Positions 37,702 to 48,708 of a DNA stretch of 64,000 bases are shown here, one piece after another. Positions within the stretch are counted from its first letter, which is position 1, and each line of letters starts with the position of its first letter. The notes beneath the pieces were generated by a model. The model had not been told where the DNA came from. It was given only the letters and a program-made list of their open reading frames with translations, and did not search any database. A program made the translations under genes and the position numbers. Origin of the DNA: an uncultured Spirochaetota bacterium (lineage in GTDB: Bacteria; Spirochaetota; UBA4802; UBA5550); assembly GCA_963827275.1 (NCBI GenBank), contig CAWHAA010000010.1:1-64000 (forward strand), read 5' to 3'.

Positions 37702-38877
37702 CTACCGGCGCACCACCATCGCGACCGCTTCCCCGCCGCCAAGGCAGAGCGTGGCGAGGCCGAGGTGCTTGTCCCGCCGTTCCATCTCGTAGAGCAGCGT
37801 CACCAGGACGCGGCACCCGCTCGCGCCGATCGGGTGCCCCATGGCGACGCACCCGCCGTTCACGTTGACCCTGTCCCAGTCGAGCCCGAGCTCCCGAACC
37901 ACCGCGACCGAAGACCCGCTGAACGCCTCGTTGATCTCAACGAGATCGAGGTCCTGTATCGATATCCCTTCTTTTTTCAGGCACTTTGGCACCGCGTAGA
38001 TCGGGGCCACGAGCACGTACTTCATGTCGATGCCATGGGAGGCCTGCGCCCCGACCGTGGCCCTGACCGTGCAACCGAGCTCCTTCGCCTTTTCCCGCGA
38101 CATCACCACCACGGCGGCGGCGCCGTCGCTGATCAGCGAGGCGTTCCCGGCCGTGGTGATACCGCCCTCCTTGAAGGCGGGTTTCATTTTAGATAGCTGC
38201 TCGTATGAAGTCTCCTGGGGGCACTCGTCCGTGTCGAACGCGACGGTCCCGCCCTTCCGCTGCGGTACCATGACCGGCACGATCTCGTCCTTGAACCTGC
38301 CCTCCCTGATCGCCGCGAGCGCCCGGCGGTACGATTCGGCGGCATGCCGGTCCTGCATTTCCCTGGTTATGCCGTATTTTTCCGAACAGAGCTCGTTGGA
38401 TATCCCCATGTGAAAATTGTTGACGATGTCCCATATCCCGTCATGGACCATGTGGTCCTCTATTTTGCCCGTGCCCATCCGGTAGCCGAACCGCGCCTTT
38501 TCCAGGTAATAAGGCGCCATGCTCATGCTCTCCATGCCGCCCGCAACAACAACGTCAGCGTCGCCCGCAGCTATCGCCTGGGCGGCAAGCATGACCGCCT
38601 TGAGCGACGATCCGCACACCTTGTTTATGGTCAGGGCGCCGACTTCCCACGGCATGCCCGCCATGATCGCCGACTGTTTGGCGGGGTTCTGGCCGTAGCC
38701 GCAGGGGAGCACGTTTCCCATGATCACCTCGTCGACGTCCTCCTTGCGTATGCCCGCCCGCTGTATCGCCTCTTCGATCACGATTGCGCCGAGCTTCGTC
38801 GCGCCGACGTTCGAAAGCGTCCCGTTGAAGTTCCCCAGGGCCGTCCTGCAGCCGCTTACAATCACTGTATCTTTCAC
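37702..38877 (-). CDS. Acetyl-CoA C-acetyltransferase (thiolase)
   Basis: INKVCGSS, NEAF, GHPIGASG, LCLGGG. Confidence 0.96.
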   Translation of the reverse strand: MKDTVIVSGCRTALGNFNGTLSNVGATKLGAIVIEEAIQRAGIRKEDVDEVIMGNVLPCGYGQNPAKQSAIMAGMPWEVGALTINKVCGSSLKAVMLAAQAIAAGDADVVVAGGMESMSMAPYYLEKARFGYRMGTGKIEDHMVHDGIWDIVNNFHMGISNELCSEKYGITREMQDRHAAESYRRALAAIREGRFKDEIVPVMVPQRKGGTVAFDTDECPQETSYEQLSKMKPAFKEGGITTAGNASLISDGAAAVVVMSREKAKELGCTVRATVGAQASHGIDMKYVLVAPIYAVPKCLKKEGISIQDLDLVEINEAFSGSSVAVVRELGLDWDRVNVNGGCVAMGHPIGASGCRVLVTLLYEMERRDKHLGLATLCLGGGEAVAMVVRR

Positions 38878-38920
38878 GATCTTCCCCCAGACTGATTATA
38901 ATATTCTATGATTTCCCGCA

Positions 38921-39688
38921 CTACCTGGGCGCCATGCGCAGTGCGCCGTCAAGGCGTATCGTTTCACCGTTGATCATCGTGTTGGCAATGACATGGAGCA
39001 CCAGGCCGGCGTATTCATCCGGCTTCCCCATGCGCTGGGGAAACGGCACGCTCTTCCCGAGAGACGCCTTCACCTCTTCCGGGAAAGCCGCCATCATCGG
39101 CGTATCGAAAATTCCCGGGGCGATCGTGACGTTACGTATCCCGTTCGACGAGAGGTCCCTCGCTATTGGAAGGGTCATTCCCACGATGGCCGCCTTGGAC
39201 GCGGCGTAGGCAGCCTGGCCGATCTGGCCATCGAACGCCGCGATCGAGGCGGTGTTGATGATGACGCCCCGCTCGCCGTCTTCGTTCGGGGTGTTCTCCG
39301 TCATCTTCGCCGCCGCGAGGCGGATCGCATTAAACGTCCCCGTGCAATTGATCTTCATGACGCGTTCAAACAGGGCCAGGTCCATGGGCCCCTTTTTCCC
39401 GACCGTTTTGGCGGACGCGGTTATCCCCGCAGCATTGACGAGGACGTTTATTCTTCCGAAAGCGGCAATGGCGGCATCCACGGCTGTTGCAACGTCTGCT
39501 TCGGACGTGACATCAGTTTTGCAGAATATGACCTTATCGCCGATCTCCCCGAGAAGCTCCATCCCGCCCGCCTCGTCCAGATCGAGGATGGCAACGCTGC
39601 CGCCGCTGGTCCCGATCGCCCGCACGACCGCTGCGCCGAGGCCGGACGCGCCTCCCGTCACCAGCGCGCATACTTTGGATATGTTCAT
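38921..39688 (-). CDS. 3-hydroxyacyl-CoA dehydrogenase type II (SDR, HSD17B10-like)
   Basis: TGGASGLG, ERGVIINTASIAAFDGQIGQAAY.ASK, NGETIRLDGALRM. Confidence 0.95.
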   Translation of the reverse strand: MNISKVCALVTGGASGLGAAVVRAIGTSGGSVAILDLDEAGGMELLGEIGDKVIFCKTDVTSEADVATAVDAAIAAFGRINVLVNAAGITASAKTVGKKGPMDLALFERVMKINCTGTFNAIRLAAAKMTENTPNEDGERGVIINTASIAAFDGQIGQAAYAASKAAIVGMTLPIARDLSSNGIRNVTIAPGIFDTPMMAAFPEEVKASLGKSVPFPQRMGKPDEYAGLVLHVIANTMINGETIRLDGALRMAPR

Positions 39689-39823
39689 GAGGCCCCCCCA
39701 CGAAAAAATTGAGCTATCACAGCGCATCTGATATTTTTTGTCAATAATTTCTGGCGGGAAAATTAACGCATGCCGGGGACAGGGGTGAAGGCAGGCATGC
39801 AGCCCGTATGCGGCTCCATACAG

Positions 39824-41041
39824 CTATTTTGCGGGATGGGGGGCGATATTCCCCCTGTCGTCGGTCTTTACTACGTAATAGTCGGTCAGGCTCGCGGGCC
39901 AGTCTTCAAGCTTTCCCGCCAGTATGAATCCGCCGTCATGGGCTATGGCAAAACAGTTCAGCAGGATATTGAACCGTCCCGCGCCGTAAAATTTTTCCCA
40001 GAGTTTGTTGCCCCGGGCGTCAAGCCTGAGGAGCATGTAATGGTTGCCGGCTGCCCCGATCCTGGTGCCGCCGCAGATAATGCCGCTGTCCGCCGTTTCA
40101 TAGCACGCCCGTACCGAGCAGCTTTCCGCGGTGCCGTAGTTCTTTTCCCAGAGCCGGTTCCCGTTCGCGTCCAGGCGGATAACGAGAAAATCGTGCTCCG
40201 CCCTCCCGGCCGTTATCGACGAGCTTGCCGCCACGATGAGCCCGCCGTCCGCTGTTTCGGCCGCATACCGGCCCGCGTCCTGACCCGCGCCGCCAAAGGT
40301 CTTGTCCCAGGCGACCTGGCCCTCGGCGTCAAGCTTCATGACCCGAACGTCCTGGTTTGTCTGGCCGCCCTGGCCGTAGGCCTGGCCGTGCCTGACCCCG
40401 GCAAGGACAAATCCGCCGCCCCGCGTCGTCGCAACGCCCCCGGGGGTGAACCCGTCGAGGTCCGCGGCAACCTTCTTCACCGACATGACGTTCCCGTTCT
40501 TGTCCACCACAAGCATGAGCGATTTGCTGTCGCCGCGTCCCAAAAGGAGCGCGGCGATGTTTCTGTTCGCCATCTCAGCTACCGCGAGAATGCCGGTCGC
40601 GTTATTGAGGTCGTATTTCCTGTCCCATATGACCTTCGCCGAATCATCGATCCGCGTGAGGCCGAGGGAAAAATATTTTTTACCGCCGAAGATAAACCCT
40701 TCGTCAAAGGCCGCGTTGAACACCCCCGGGTACGCAGTGTAGACGTTCCTGTCCCCTGCGGGGAACCGTATCCAGCTCACGGAGCCGCTTTTATCGAGCT
40801 TGACGACGGACATGCCGCACGGGTCATCATCGCCGTTGGCGCAACGCGCGTCGCCGGATATGATATACCCGCCGTCCTTCATGACGAATATCCTGGCCGG
40901 TAGGTCCTCGGTCTTTCCGCCGGCCTTTTGCTCTGTCCCGAATATCTTCTGCCAGGTTACGAATTCAGGCTGCGCGTACAATATGACGGTGCTGAAGAGT
41001 ATGACTGCCAGTACCCGTACTGTTTTTATTCTTATGTGCAT
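39824..41041 (-). CDS. Exported beta-propeller repeat protein
   Basis: Signal peptide; repeated KLD..G...W.K.(F/Y)G and DGG.I..G units. Confidence 0.8.
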   Translation of the reverse strand: MHIRIKTVRVLAVILFSTVILYAQPEFVTWQKIFGTEQKAGGKTEDLPARIFVMKDGGYIISGDARCANGDDDPCGMSVVKLDKSGSVSWIRFPAGDRNVYTAYPGVFNAAFDEGFIFGGKKYFSLGLTRIDDSAKVIWDRKYDLNNATGILAVAEMANRNIAALLLGRGDSKSLMLVVDKNGNVMSVKKVAADLDGFTPGGVATTRGGGFVLAGVRHGQAYGQGGQTNQDVRVMKLDAEGQVAWDKTFGGAGQDAGRYAAETADGGLIVAASSSITAGRAEHDFLVIRLDANGNRLWEKNYGTAESCSVRACYETADSGIICGGTRIGAAGNHYMLLRLDARGNKLWEKFYGAGRFNILLNCFAIAHDGGFILAGKLEDWPASLTDYYVVKTDDRGNIAPHPAK

Positions 41042-41201
41042 CTGATCCTCTGGAGCGCTGGGTATCCTTGGGATATACCTCATTAATTTCATTTACTGTC
41101 AATGATATTATGGGGAAATTGCGCTGCCGGCGCGGTAAAGAGAGAGTAATGGCGGGTTCACACAGTCCGGCCGGCCCGTAAATCGCCGGCCGGCCGCTCG
41201 G

Positions 41202-43013
41202 TCATATGACGTACTTCTCTGACCGCTTTCGCTCCAGCGCCTTGAGCATGCGCTTCCTCATACGCACGCTCTTCGGGGTCACCTCGAGGAGTTCGTCATC
41301 GTCTATGTACGCTATCGCCTGCTCCAGTGAAAAGAGGCGCGGCGGTATGAGGCGGATCGCTTCGTCTGATCCCGATGCGCGCATGTTGGTGAGTTTTTTC
41401 GTCCTGCAGGGGTTCACCTCCATGTCGCTCTCCCTGCTGTTTTCGCCGATTATCATCCCTTCATAGACAGGAACGCCGGGCCCGATAAAGAGGGTGCCGC
41501 GCTCCTGGAGGGTGTCCAGGGCATAGGCGTTTGAAAGTCCGTCTTCCATCGCGATCAGCACGCCGCGGTTTCGCGAGGGAATGGCCCCCTTGAACGGTTC
41601 ATACCCTTCAAAAAGATGGTTAAGGATGCCGGTGCCGCGCGTGTCGGTCAAAAATTCCCCGCGGAAGCCGATAAGTCCCCGCGAAGGCACTTTCAGCTCC
41701 AGCCTGGTGTACCCGTCGTTGCCCTGCACCATGCTGACCAGCTCGGCCCGCCGCTTGCCCAGCTTCTCGATCACCACGCCCGAATACTCGGCGTCAACGT
41801 CGATTAGGGCCATCTCCATCGGCTCGTGCTTGACGCCATTGACCTCGTGGTATATGACCCGCGGCCGTGAGACCTGGAATTCGTACCCCTCCCGCCGCAT
41901 GTTCTCTATCAGTATTGAAAGCTGGAGCTCGCCGCGGCCCTTTACCGTGAAGGAGTCCTTGTTTTCGGCCCTCTCTATCACGAGACTCACGTTGGTTTCA
42001 AGCTCCTTTTCCAGGCGTTCCCATATATGCCTCGACGTTACGAGCTTGCCCTCCTTCCCGAGGAACGGGGAATCGTTTACCTGGAACGTTATTGAAATTG
42101 TCGGTTCGTCGATCTTAATCGCGGGGAGCGCCTTCGGGTCGTCGCCGCCGGCCAGGGTGTCGCCGAGGTCGATCTTTTCAAACCCGGAAAACGCGACGAT
42201 ATCACCGGCAGAGGCCTCGCTGATCTCCGACCTCTTCAGGCCGCGGAACTCGAACAGCTTCGTTATCTTGCCCGTTACCGTCCCCCCCTTCTGCTTGATG
42301 AGCGTGACCTCGTCCCCGGCCCGCATCACGCCGTGGTGGATCTTTCCCGTGCCGATCTTGCCGATATAGTTGTCGTACTGCACCGCGGACACCAGGAACT
42401 GGAGGTCTTTGCCGGGGTCCCCGCCCGGGGCGCGCACGTGCTTGATGATCGTCTCGAACAGGGGCACCATGTCGGTATACTCGTCATACAGCGCGTAATG
42501 CGAATCCCCGTTTTTTGCCGAGGCGAAAACGACGGGAAAATCAAGCTGCGCGTCGGACGCGTTGAGCTCGACAAAAAGGTCGAAGACCATGTCGACTACC
42601 TGGTCGGGGCGGCTGTTGGGCCTGTCGATTTTATTTATCACAACGATGGGACAGTGCCCGGCCTCGAGTGATTTTTTCAGGACGTATTTCGTCTGCGGCA
42701 TCGTGCCTTCAAACGCATCGACGACCAGGAGCACCGAGTCGACCATGTCGAGAACCCGCTGGACCTCGCCGCCGAAATCGGCGTGCCCGGGCGTATCCAC
42801 GATATTTATCTTGTAGTCCTTGTATGAAAAGGAGGCGTTCTTGGAGAATATCGTTATGCCTCGCTCTTTCTCGAGGTCATTGGAGTCCATGATCCGCTCT
42901 TCCACCCGCTCGTTCGTGCGGAAGGTGCCCGACTGCTTCAGCATGGCGTCAACGAGGGTCGTTTTTCCATGATCGACATGGGCGATAATCGCTATGTTCC
43001 GTATTTTTTCCAT
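41202..43013 (-). CDS. typA: Translational GTPase TypA/BipA
   Basis: [42 protein letters not shown]. Confidence 0.98.
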   Translation of the reverse strand: MEKIRNIAIIAHVDHGKTTLVDAMLKQSGTFRTNERVEERIMDSNDLEKERGITIFSKNASFSYKDYKINIVDTPGHADFGGEVQRVLDMVDSVLLVVDAFEGTMPQTKYVLKKSLEAGHCPIVVINKIDRPNSRPDQVVDMVFDLFVELNASDAQLDFPVVFASAKNGDSHYALYDEYTDMVPLFETIIKHVRAPGGDPGKDLQFLVSAVQYDNYIGKIGTGKIHHGVMRAGDEVTLIKQKGGTVTGKITKLFEFRGLKRSEISEASAGDIVAFSGFEKIDLGDTLAGGDDPKALPAIKIDEPTISITFQVNDSPFLGKEGKLVTSRHIWERLEKELETNVSLVIERAENKDSFTVKGRGELQLSILIENMRREGYEFQVSRPRVIYHEVNGVKHEPMEMALIDVDAEYSGVVIEKLGKRRAELVSMVQGNDGYTRLELKVPSRGLIGFRGEFLTDTRGTGILNHLFEGYEPFKGAIPSRNRGVLIAMEDGLSNAYALDTLQERGTLFIGPGVPVYEGMIIGENSRESDMEVNPCRTKKLTNMRASGSDEAIRLIPPRLFSLEQAIAYIDDDELLEVTPKSVRMRKRMLKALERKRSEKYVI

Positions 43014-43205
43014 CTGTCATCCGTATCGGCGTGTAATAACGTGCAGAGTACTGCCGGTAGGCGTTTTTACAGGCGGGGGTGCTGTTTGCAAGCTAATTTT
43101 TTACAATATCGAAATTCTCGAGAATGTTGCTGTCGAATTTTGGATCGGGGGGCATCCTGGCGAGCAGGCGGCAGGAGGTCGCTGTTACCGATTTCCATGG
43201 GAAGA

Positions 43206-43936
43206 GGCTTTGACCCTGATTAATCCTGAAGTTAATTAAATATAATATGATGCTCTGACCCCCCGTTTTTTTTTAATGTTCCTCCACCTCCAATCGTATA
43301 CCTCTACAGGAGGAAGCATATGCCACGACCATTACGCACTATAGCCCAGGGATTCACCCATCACGTATTCAGCAGATGCCATGGGAAAAAAAATCTTCTG
43401 CTTGGTAAATATGGGAAAAAGTATTTCATAGAATCAGTCAGGGAGTGCCAGGAGAAATATGATTTTGAACTCATCGCTGCAGAGATTGTTGCCAATCACA
43501 TTCACCTTGTCATTAAAACGAACCTGGATAAACAGACAATTTCCCGAATAATGCAGTATATCAAGGCCAGAATTGCGGAAAAATACAACAGGGCCATGGG
43601 ACAGACAGGCGCCTTCTGGAATGAACGCTTCGGTTCTAGCGTTATTGAGGAAGCGGATAATCCAGAGGATTATTTGTTATGGCTGTTATGGTACATTGGC
43701 TACAATCCGGTACGAAAGGGCCTGTCGAGGAATCCACGTTCGAACGATATCGGGTTCATAAACTGCTATCTGGACAGAAATCATGTGGCACCTATAAAAA
43801 TTACCCTTCATGAATTCTTTTATAAGCTTGGAAATACCTTTGAAGAGTGTGTGAAAGAGATTCCTGTTCTATGAAGATGCCTATCTTAAGAGATTAGCGG
43901 TGTATTTTGATTGAGAGGGTTGAGAGGGTCAGAGCC
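43206..43936. mobile_element. RAYT locus bounded by inverted REP-like motifs
   Basis: GGCTTTGACCCT (43206-43217) and GCTCTGACCCCC (43252-43263) upstream; AGGGTCAGAGCC (43925-43936) inverted downstream; AT-rich relative to the flanks. Confidence 0.7.
43320..43914 (+). CDS. REP-associated tyrosine (HUH/Y1) transposase; the C-terminus probably continues in the +1 frame
   Basis: MPR..R, HHVFSR, NHIHL (HUH), GAFWNERF.S, YI.YNPVRKG; the ORF stops at 43874 and the +1 frame reads KRFLFYEDAYLKRLAVYFD to 43914. Confidence 0.88.
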
Positions 43937-43948
43937 CCTATAAACGAT

Positions 43949-43984
43949 AAACGGAATGAACCAAAAACGGAATGAACCAAAAAC
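43949..43984 (+). repeat. 16-bp tandem duplication
   Basis: AAACGGAATGAACCAA x2 followed by AAAC. Confidence 0.9.
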
Positions 43985-44006
43985 TCTTGTTTTATTCAAT
44001 TACTCC

Positions 44007-44885
44007 CTACAGACCCCTCGCACGCTCCGACCGGAGCGCCGATAAGTCTTTCGAATCAAGCACAGAGTTTATGGTAGCGAGCATTTTCGCCCTGTCCCTC
44101 TGGAGGGTGCCGTTTATGGGCAGGTAGTTCGACGCGTGTATACCGACAAACTTCAGGTTGTCGATCGTCAGGTTCTCAAACAGGACTTTCATCTCCTCGA
44201 GCGTCTCGAACGGATCGGGCACCTGGAATTCGCCCCGCTCGATATGGCGGTAGAGGGTCGTGCCGGGTACCGGGGTGACCGTCAGGGCAGCGAGGTAGTG
44301 CGGCTTCATTTCGTTGGTAATCTTCGCCGTGGCAAGGGCGTGCTCTTTCGAGCGCGGGCCCCTGCCGGCGATGCCGAGCAGGATCATGGAGGAGAGATTC
44401 ATCCCAGCCTGGACGAGGCTCTGACCCGCACTGAGCATCTCGTCGTAGGTGACGCCCTTGTTGATCTCTTTCAATACGCGCTCGTCGCCGGTTTCAACCC
44501 CGAGATACGCCTTGGCAAGGCCGGCCTCGCGCAATTCAATAAGCTCCGAAATACTTTTTGAAAGCGTGCTCTGCGGGCCCACGTACGCGCCCACATGGCG
44601 CAGCGAGGGAAACGCCAGCTTCAACTCATTTAATATTTCAAGCAGGACGGGTGTCTCTATGGCAATTGCGTCGCCGTCGCAGAGGAAGACCTTTTCCACG
44701 TCGCCGAACTGTTTTTTCGCCATCCGGATGTCTTCTTTAATTTCATCAAGGCCGCGGACGCGGTACTTCTTGTCTTTGTACATCCCGCAGAATGTGCACT
44801 TATTATGCGAGCACCCGACCGTGCACTGAAGCAGGTAGCTGTTCGCCTCGCTGAAAGGCCTGAAGATGTTTCCTTCGTACCGCAT
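44007..44885 (-). CDS. Radical SAM protein
   Basis: CSHNKCTFC (CX3CX2C), FLCDGDA, YLGVETG. Confidence 0.93.
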   Translation of the reverse strand: MRYEGNIFRPFSEANSYLLQCTVGCSHNKCTFCGMYKDKKYRVRGLDEIKEDIRMAKKQFGDVEKVFLCDGDAIAIETPVLLEILNELKLAFPSLRHVGAYVGPQSTLSKSISELIELREAGLAKAYLGVETGDERVLKEINKGVTYDEMLSAGQSLVQAGMNLSSMILLGIAGRGPRSKEHALATAKITNEMKPHYLAALTVTPVPGTTLYRHIERGEFQVPDPFETLEEMKVLFENLTIDNLKFVGIHASNYLPINGTLQRDRAKMLATINSVLDSKDLSALRSERARGL

Positions 44886-45523
44886 TATGCCCTTGTACCG
44901 GACGCTTGTTGTGCCATCTCCCTGCCCCTTTCAAACGCCGCGAGGTTGATGTCAACGCGGTCCGCCTTCATGGTCTCTGCTATGACTCGCCTGAAATCGC
45001 CGGTATCGAACGGGACCACGCGCGCAGCGGCCAGCGCGCCCATCATGATGACGTTGCCCAGGATCGGCTGGCCGAACTTCATGGCCTCGTCCGTCGCGTC
45101 TATGAACACGACATCGTTTGTAAGCTCCAGCAGGGCATCGCGTAGTCTCTCGACCGGGGGATAAACCATGTCGCCGGCTATGACCCCGACCGGGAATATC
45201 GGCCGGGTGTTACTGATGATCTTCACCCCGCTGTTCCCGTACGTGGCCATCACCCGGACCGCCTCGGCAGGCTCGAGTGCCACCACCACGTGAGCCTGGC
45301 CGGCGGGGATCTGCGGGCTCCATGCCGAGGTTTCGGATATGCGCAGGTGGCTCATGACGGAGCCGCCGCGCTGCGACACGCCGAAGGTCTCGCCGATGGT
45401 CACGAACAGTCCCTTTCGGGAGAGTGCGTTGCCGAGCATGCGGGAGGCCATTACGTTGCCCTGCCCGCCCACACCGGTTATAATGATATTGTATGGATCG
45501 TTCAGCAATACGGATTTCGCCAT
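44885..45523 (-). CDS. iorB: Indolepyruvate:ferredoxin oxidoreductase beta subunit
   Basis: GVGGQG, ETFGVSQRGGSV.SHLRI, N..MMGAL, N..AF..G; TGATG overlap with iorA. Confidence 0.92.
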   Translation of the reverse strand: MAKSVLLNDPYNIIITGVGGQGNVMASRMLGNALSRKGLFVTIGETFGVSQRGGSVMSHLRISETSAWSPQIPAGQAHVVVALEPAEAVRVMATYGNSGVKIISNTRPIFPVGVIAGDMVYPPVERLRDALLELTNDVVFIDATDEAMKFGQPILGNVIMMGALAAARVVPFDTGDFRRVIAETMKADRVDINLAAFERGREMAQQASGTRA

Positions 45524-47457
45524 CACACCGCCTCCTCTTTCCGTATGGCGCCGGAAGGGCAGATGGAGGCGCACACGCCGCACCCTGCGCAGATCACCTC
45601 GTCGATCACCGCAGCCTCTTTCTCGGCGTCCCACACGAGACCCGGACAGCGGAACACGCGCGTGCAGAGACGGCTGCAGCCGCACCGGTCGCCGGTGCAG
45701 ATGGCCTGGTCCACGGAGACGCGGTACTTTTTCTTCCCCTTTTTCTCCGGTGAGAGCGCGCACATCTGGCGCATGATCAGCACCCGCGCGCCCTTTTCGT
45801 CCATGAGCCGGAGCAGTGTCGCCTGGGTCGTCTCGACCTCGAAGGGATCGGCGTATTCCACCGTCGCGCCGAGCGACCGGCAGAGGGCGGCCGGGTCCAT
45901 GGGGGGCACGTTGCCGCCCATGGCGTCCTCCGCGGTGCCCGGGTGCGGCTGGAACCCGGTCATGGCGGTCCCGCTGTTGTCGAGAAGAACGAATATCACG
46001 TCTGACTTGTTATGAATTGCGTTTATAAGCGCCGGAATGGCCGCGTGGAAGAACGTGGAATCGCCGCATACCGCCAGTATCGGCTGTTCCATGCCGAACC
46101 TGGTGAGCTTGCCGAACCCGCTCGCGATCCCGATACCCGATCCCATTGAATGCGACGTCTTCGAGGTGTTGAAGCCGCAGGGGAGCAGGCCGAGGGTATA
46201 GCAGCCGATGTCGCCGCACACGAACCCCCGCCGGTTGTCGATTGCGAGCGCGTTGTGCAGGTCCCAGAACGAGGCCCGGTGCGGGCATCCGGGACAGAAC
46301 GTGAGGTCCCTGACCGGGGCCATCTCCGCAGCGATCGCCTGCGCCCGCTTCCTGAAGCTGTCCGGCATCGCGTCATAGTCGATGCCGAGTATCGTCTTGA
46401 CCGCGTTGACCACGATGTCGGGGTTCATCTCTCCGGTCATCGGCACGGTCCCGTCATTCTTGCCGTGGAACTTCTTGACGCCGATCTCCGCCGCCATCTC
46501 GGCGGCCAGTATCTTCACGTTCTCTTCCAGGAACGGGAGGACCTCCTCGATAAAAAGGATGGAGCCGGAACGGGAGAGGTTTTTCCGTATCAGGTCCGGC
46601 GGCAGCGGCCAGGTGGTGCCGATCTTCAGTATCCCCACCCGTTTGTCCGCGCCGAGAAGGCGGACCGCCTCCCGCGAGTAGAGGTTGCAGGCGCTGCAGG
46701 TAACGATCAGGAGCTCCGGCTTTTCCGGGCCGGTATAGGTATTGAAGGGCGATTTTTCAAAGAGCGCGACTGCCTTCTTCAGCTTCTGCTGGAGCGTCAC
46801 ATGGTGCGGCGGCACCGGCATGGTGACCACCGGGCCGGAGGCGGGATCGCCGGGGACCGCATCAAACACAAAGCGTGCCGTGTGCCCGGTGCCGGGCAGC
46901 CTGCCGATCGTGACGTTCCCGCTCGCGTGGGAGAGGCGCGTGACGCTCCGCATCATGACCAGGAGACCGAGCTCCTCAGAGAGCTCGAAGGCCCATTTCG
47001 TCATTGCGAGCGCTTCCTGGAAATCCCCCGGCTCAAGGAGCGGCAGCTCTATCATCTTCGCGAAATGCCGCGATTCGCCCTCGTTGATGCTGGAGAGCGC
47101 GCCGGGATCGTCGCAGTGTACAAGGACAATGCCGCCGCGGGTCCCGGAGAGGGCCACGTGCAGCAGAAAATCGGACGCCACGTTCACGCCGTTCTGCTTC
47201 ATGGCGCATATCGAGCGGAGACCGGCGATCGACGCCGCGAATGATACCTCCAGCGCGACCTTTTCGTTCACGGACCACTCGACGTATATGTTCCTTTTTT
47301 CCGACGCCTTTGAGAGGTTTTCTATTATTTCGGACGAGGGGGTGCCGGGGTACGCGCTCGCGACGCTGACGCCCGCCTCGAGCGCGCCGCGCACGATCGC
47401 GTCGTTCCCCATCATCAGGTACCGCGTCCCTTCTTTTTCATCAAACAGATACGACAT
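45523..47457 (-). CDS. iorA: Indolepyruvate:ferredoxin oxidoreductase alpha subunit
   Basis: YPGTPSSE, NEKVA.E, FCPGCPHR, GDIGC, GDSTFFH, DN..TAMTG.QP, C-terminal ferredoxin. Confidence 0.94.
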   Translation of the reverse strand: MSYLFDEKEGTRYLMMGNDAIVRGALEAGVSVASAYPGTPSSEIIENLSKASEKRNIYVEWSVNEKVALEVSFAASIAGLRSICAMKQNGVNVASDFLLHVALSGTRGGIVLVHCDDPGALSSINEGESRHFAKMIELPLLEPGDFQEALAMTKWAFELSEELGLLVMMRSVTRLSHASGNVTIGRLPGTGHTARFVFDAVPGDPASGPVVTMPVPPHHVTLQQKLKKAVALFEKSPFNTYTGPEKPELLIVTCSACNLYSREAVRLLGADKRVGILKIGTTWPLPPDLIRKNLSRSGSILFIEEVLPFLEENVKILAAEMAAEIGVKKFHGKNDGTVPMTGEMNPDIVVNAVKTILGIDYDAMPDSFRKRAQAIAAEMAPVRDLTFCPGCPHRASFWDLHNALAIDNRRGFVCGDIGCYTLGLLPCGFNTSKTSHSMGSGIGIASGFGKLTRFGMEQPILAVCGDSTFFHAAIPALINAIHNKSDVIFVLLDNSGTAMTGFQPHPGTAEDAMGGNVPPMDPAALCRSLGATVEYADPFEVETTQATLLRLMDEKGARVLIMRQMCALSPEKKGKKKYRVSVDQAICTGDRCGCSRLCTRVFRCPGLVWDAEKEAAVIDEVICAGCGVCASICPSGAIRKEEAV

Positions 47458-47486
47458 TGCGCCACTCCTTTCTCCGCACTCAGCCA

Positions 47487-48587
47487 TTAACAGGATTTCG
47501 TATCGATCCTGATCGCCGCGCGTCCGCCCTCGGCGGGCGACTTTACCAACTTTTCCTCGCGGCCCTTCTTCAGCGCGCGCGCCTTCTTGTTGCCAGCGGC
47601 GCTGTTCAGGTGCTCCAGGTTTTCCACCGGCATCCCGTCGACTTCGAGGTAGCCCTCTTTCACGGCCCCCTCCACCATCGCCCGGCCCCGCTCGGTCCGT
47701 ATGACCAGGGTGTTCCATTCCGCGCTTCCCTCGAACACGCCGACGGAGACATCGGTGAATTCCGCCGTCATGTCAAAGCAGTAATCGCACGCGTTCGGCA
47801 CGCACTTCCTTACTTCATCGAGCGGTATGTCGATCCTGCCCGATTCGGTATAGACTTCCATCACCCCGGCAGGCGGGGGCGGTATATCGAATTTGCGTAT
47901 CGCGCTGATGTCGGTTTTTTCAGCCAGGAGGTCGCGGAGCGACCGGTAGTCGAGCGCCCAGGTGCAGAAGAGACCCGCGACGAAGCCGACCGGATCGGTG
48001 AAGTCCTTTTGTTCCATGGGGTTGGCGCGCATCTGCGCAAGGGCAAGCGCCTGGCACGGGGTCAGCACAAGGCCCAGGTTGCGGCGCCCCTCCCGCACCG
48101 CCTCGTTGAACGCGGCGAGCGTCGGTGCGGCGGTGTATTTTGATGAGGCAAACCCCGCCACGGCGCCCGGATCAGTCACGATCACCGGCACGGGAAGGAG
48201 CCCCTCCCTGCCGGTAAGGACCGCGGCGTCGATCTTCTTCGACCCGAGCGCGTAGGTCATGAGCGCCGTAACCGTACCCCCCGCCTGGAAGTTCGCCCGC
48301 CCCGCCTTCTTTCCCGCGCGCGATCTCTTCACTGAAAGATGATGCCCGATCGGCGCCATCGAATACGGCGCGCCGAACATGCGGCGGGAAACCTCGTCGA
48401 GGTCAACCTCTACCTTGGGACAGTAGGCAAAGCAGCGGCCCTCTTCCTGCGTGCAGGGGAAGAGCATCGCCGTCTTTCCGTTGTATGTTTTAAAGTAGGG
48501 GCAGAGGGAAACGCATGCCCCGCACCCGATGCAGAGGTCCCTGTCGAGCACCTCCGCGCGCAGTTCGCCGGATCCCGATATGATCAT
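47487..48587 (-). CDS. FrhB/FdhB family protein (F420 hydrogenase beta-like) with an N-terminal ferredoxin
   Basis: CIGCGACVSLCP, QAGGTVT, SSKY, TPCQ, GLFC, C..C.D.TAE..DVSVG. Confidence 0.9.
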   Translation of the reverse strand: MIISGSGELRAEVLDRDLCIGCGACVSLCPYFKTYNGKTAMLFPCTQEEGRCFAYCPKVEVDLDEVSRRMFGAPYSMAPIGHHLSVKRSRAGKKAGRANFQAGGTVTALMTYALGSKKIDAAVLTGREGLLPVPVIVTDPGAVAGFASSKYTAAPTLAAFNEAVREGRRNLGLVLTPCQALALAQMRANPMEQKDFTDPVGFVAGLFCTWALDYRSLRDLLAEKTDISAIRKFDIPPPPAGVMEVYTESGRIDIPLDEVRKCVPNACDYCFDMTAEFTDVSVGVFEGSAEWNTLVIRTERGRAMVEGAVKEGYLEVDGMPVENLEHLNSAAGNKKARALKKGREEKLVKSPAEGGRAAIRIDTKSC

Positions 48588-48708
48588 CGCGCACTTCCGG
48601 CCGCGGGACGATACCCGCCTGTATTCAGCATAGCCATATCACCATCGAAGTATAACGCCGCGCGGGGTCAATAAATTATTCGCGCTGGCCCGATTTTTAT
48701 TGCTGCCG

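Noticed and set aside
41167..41193. CCGGCCGGC/GCCGGCCGG hairpin after typA as a REP or terminator
   Set aside because: Single copy, no T run, and unrelated to the RAYT-flanking motif
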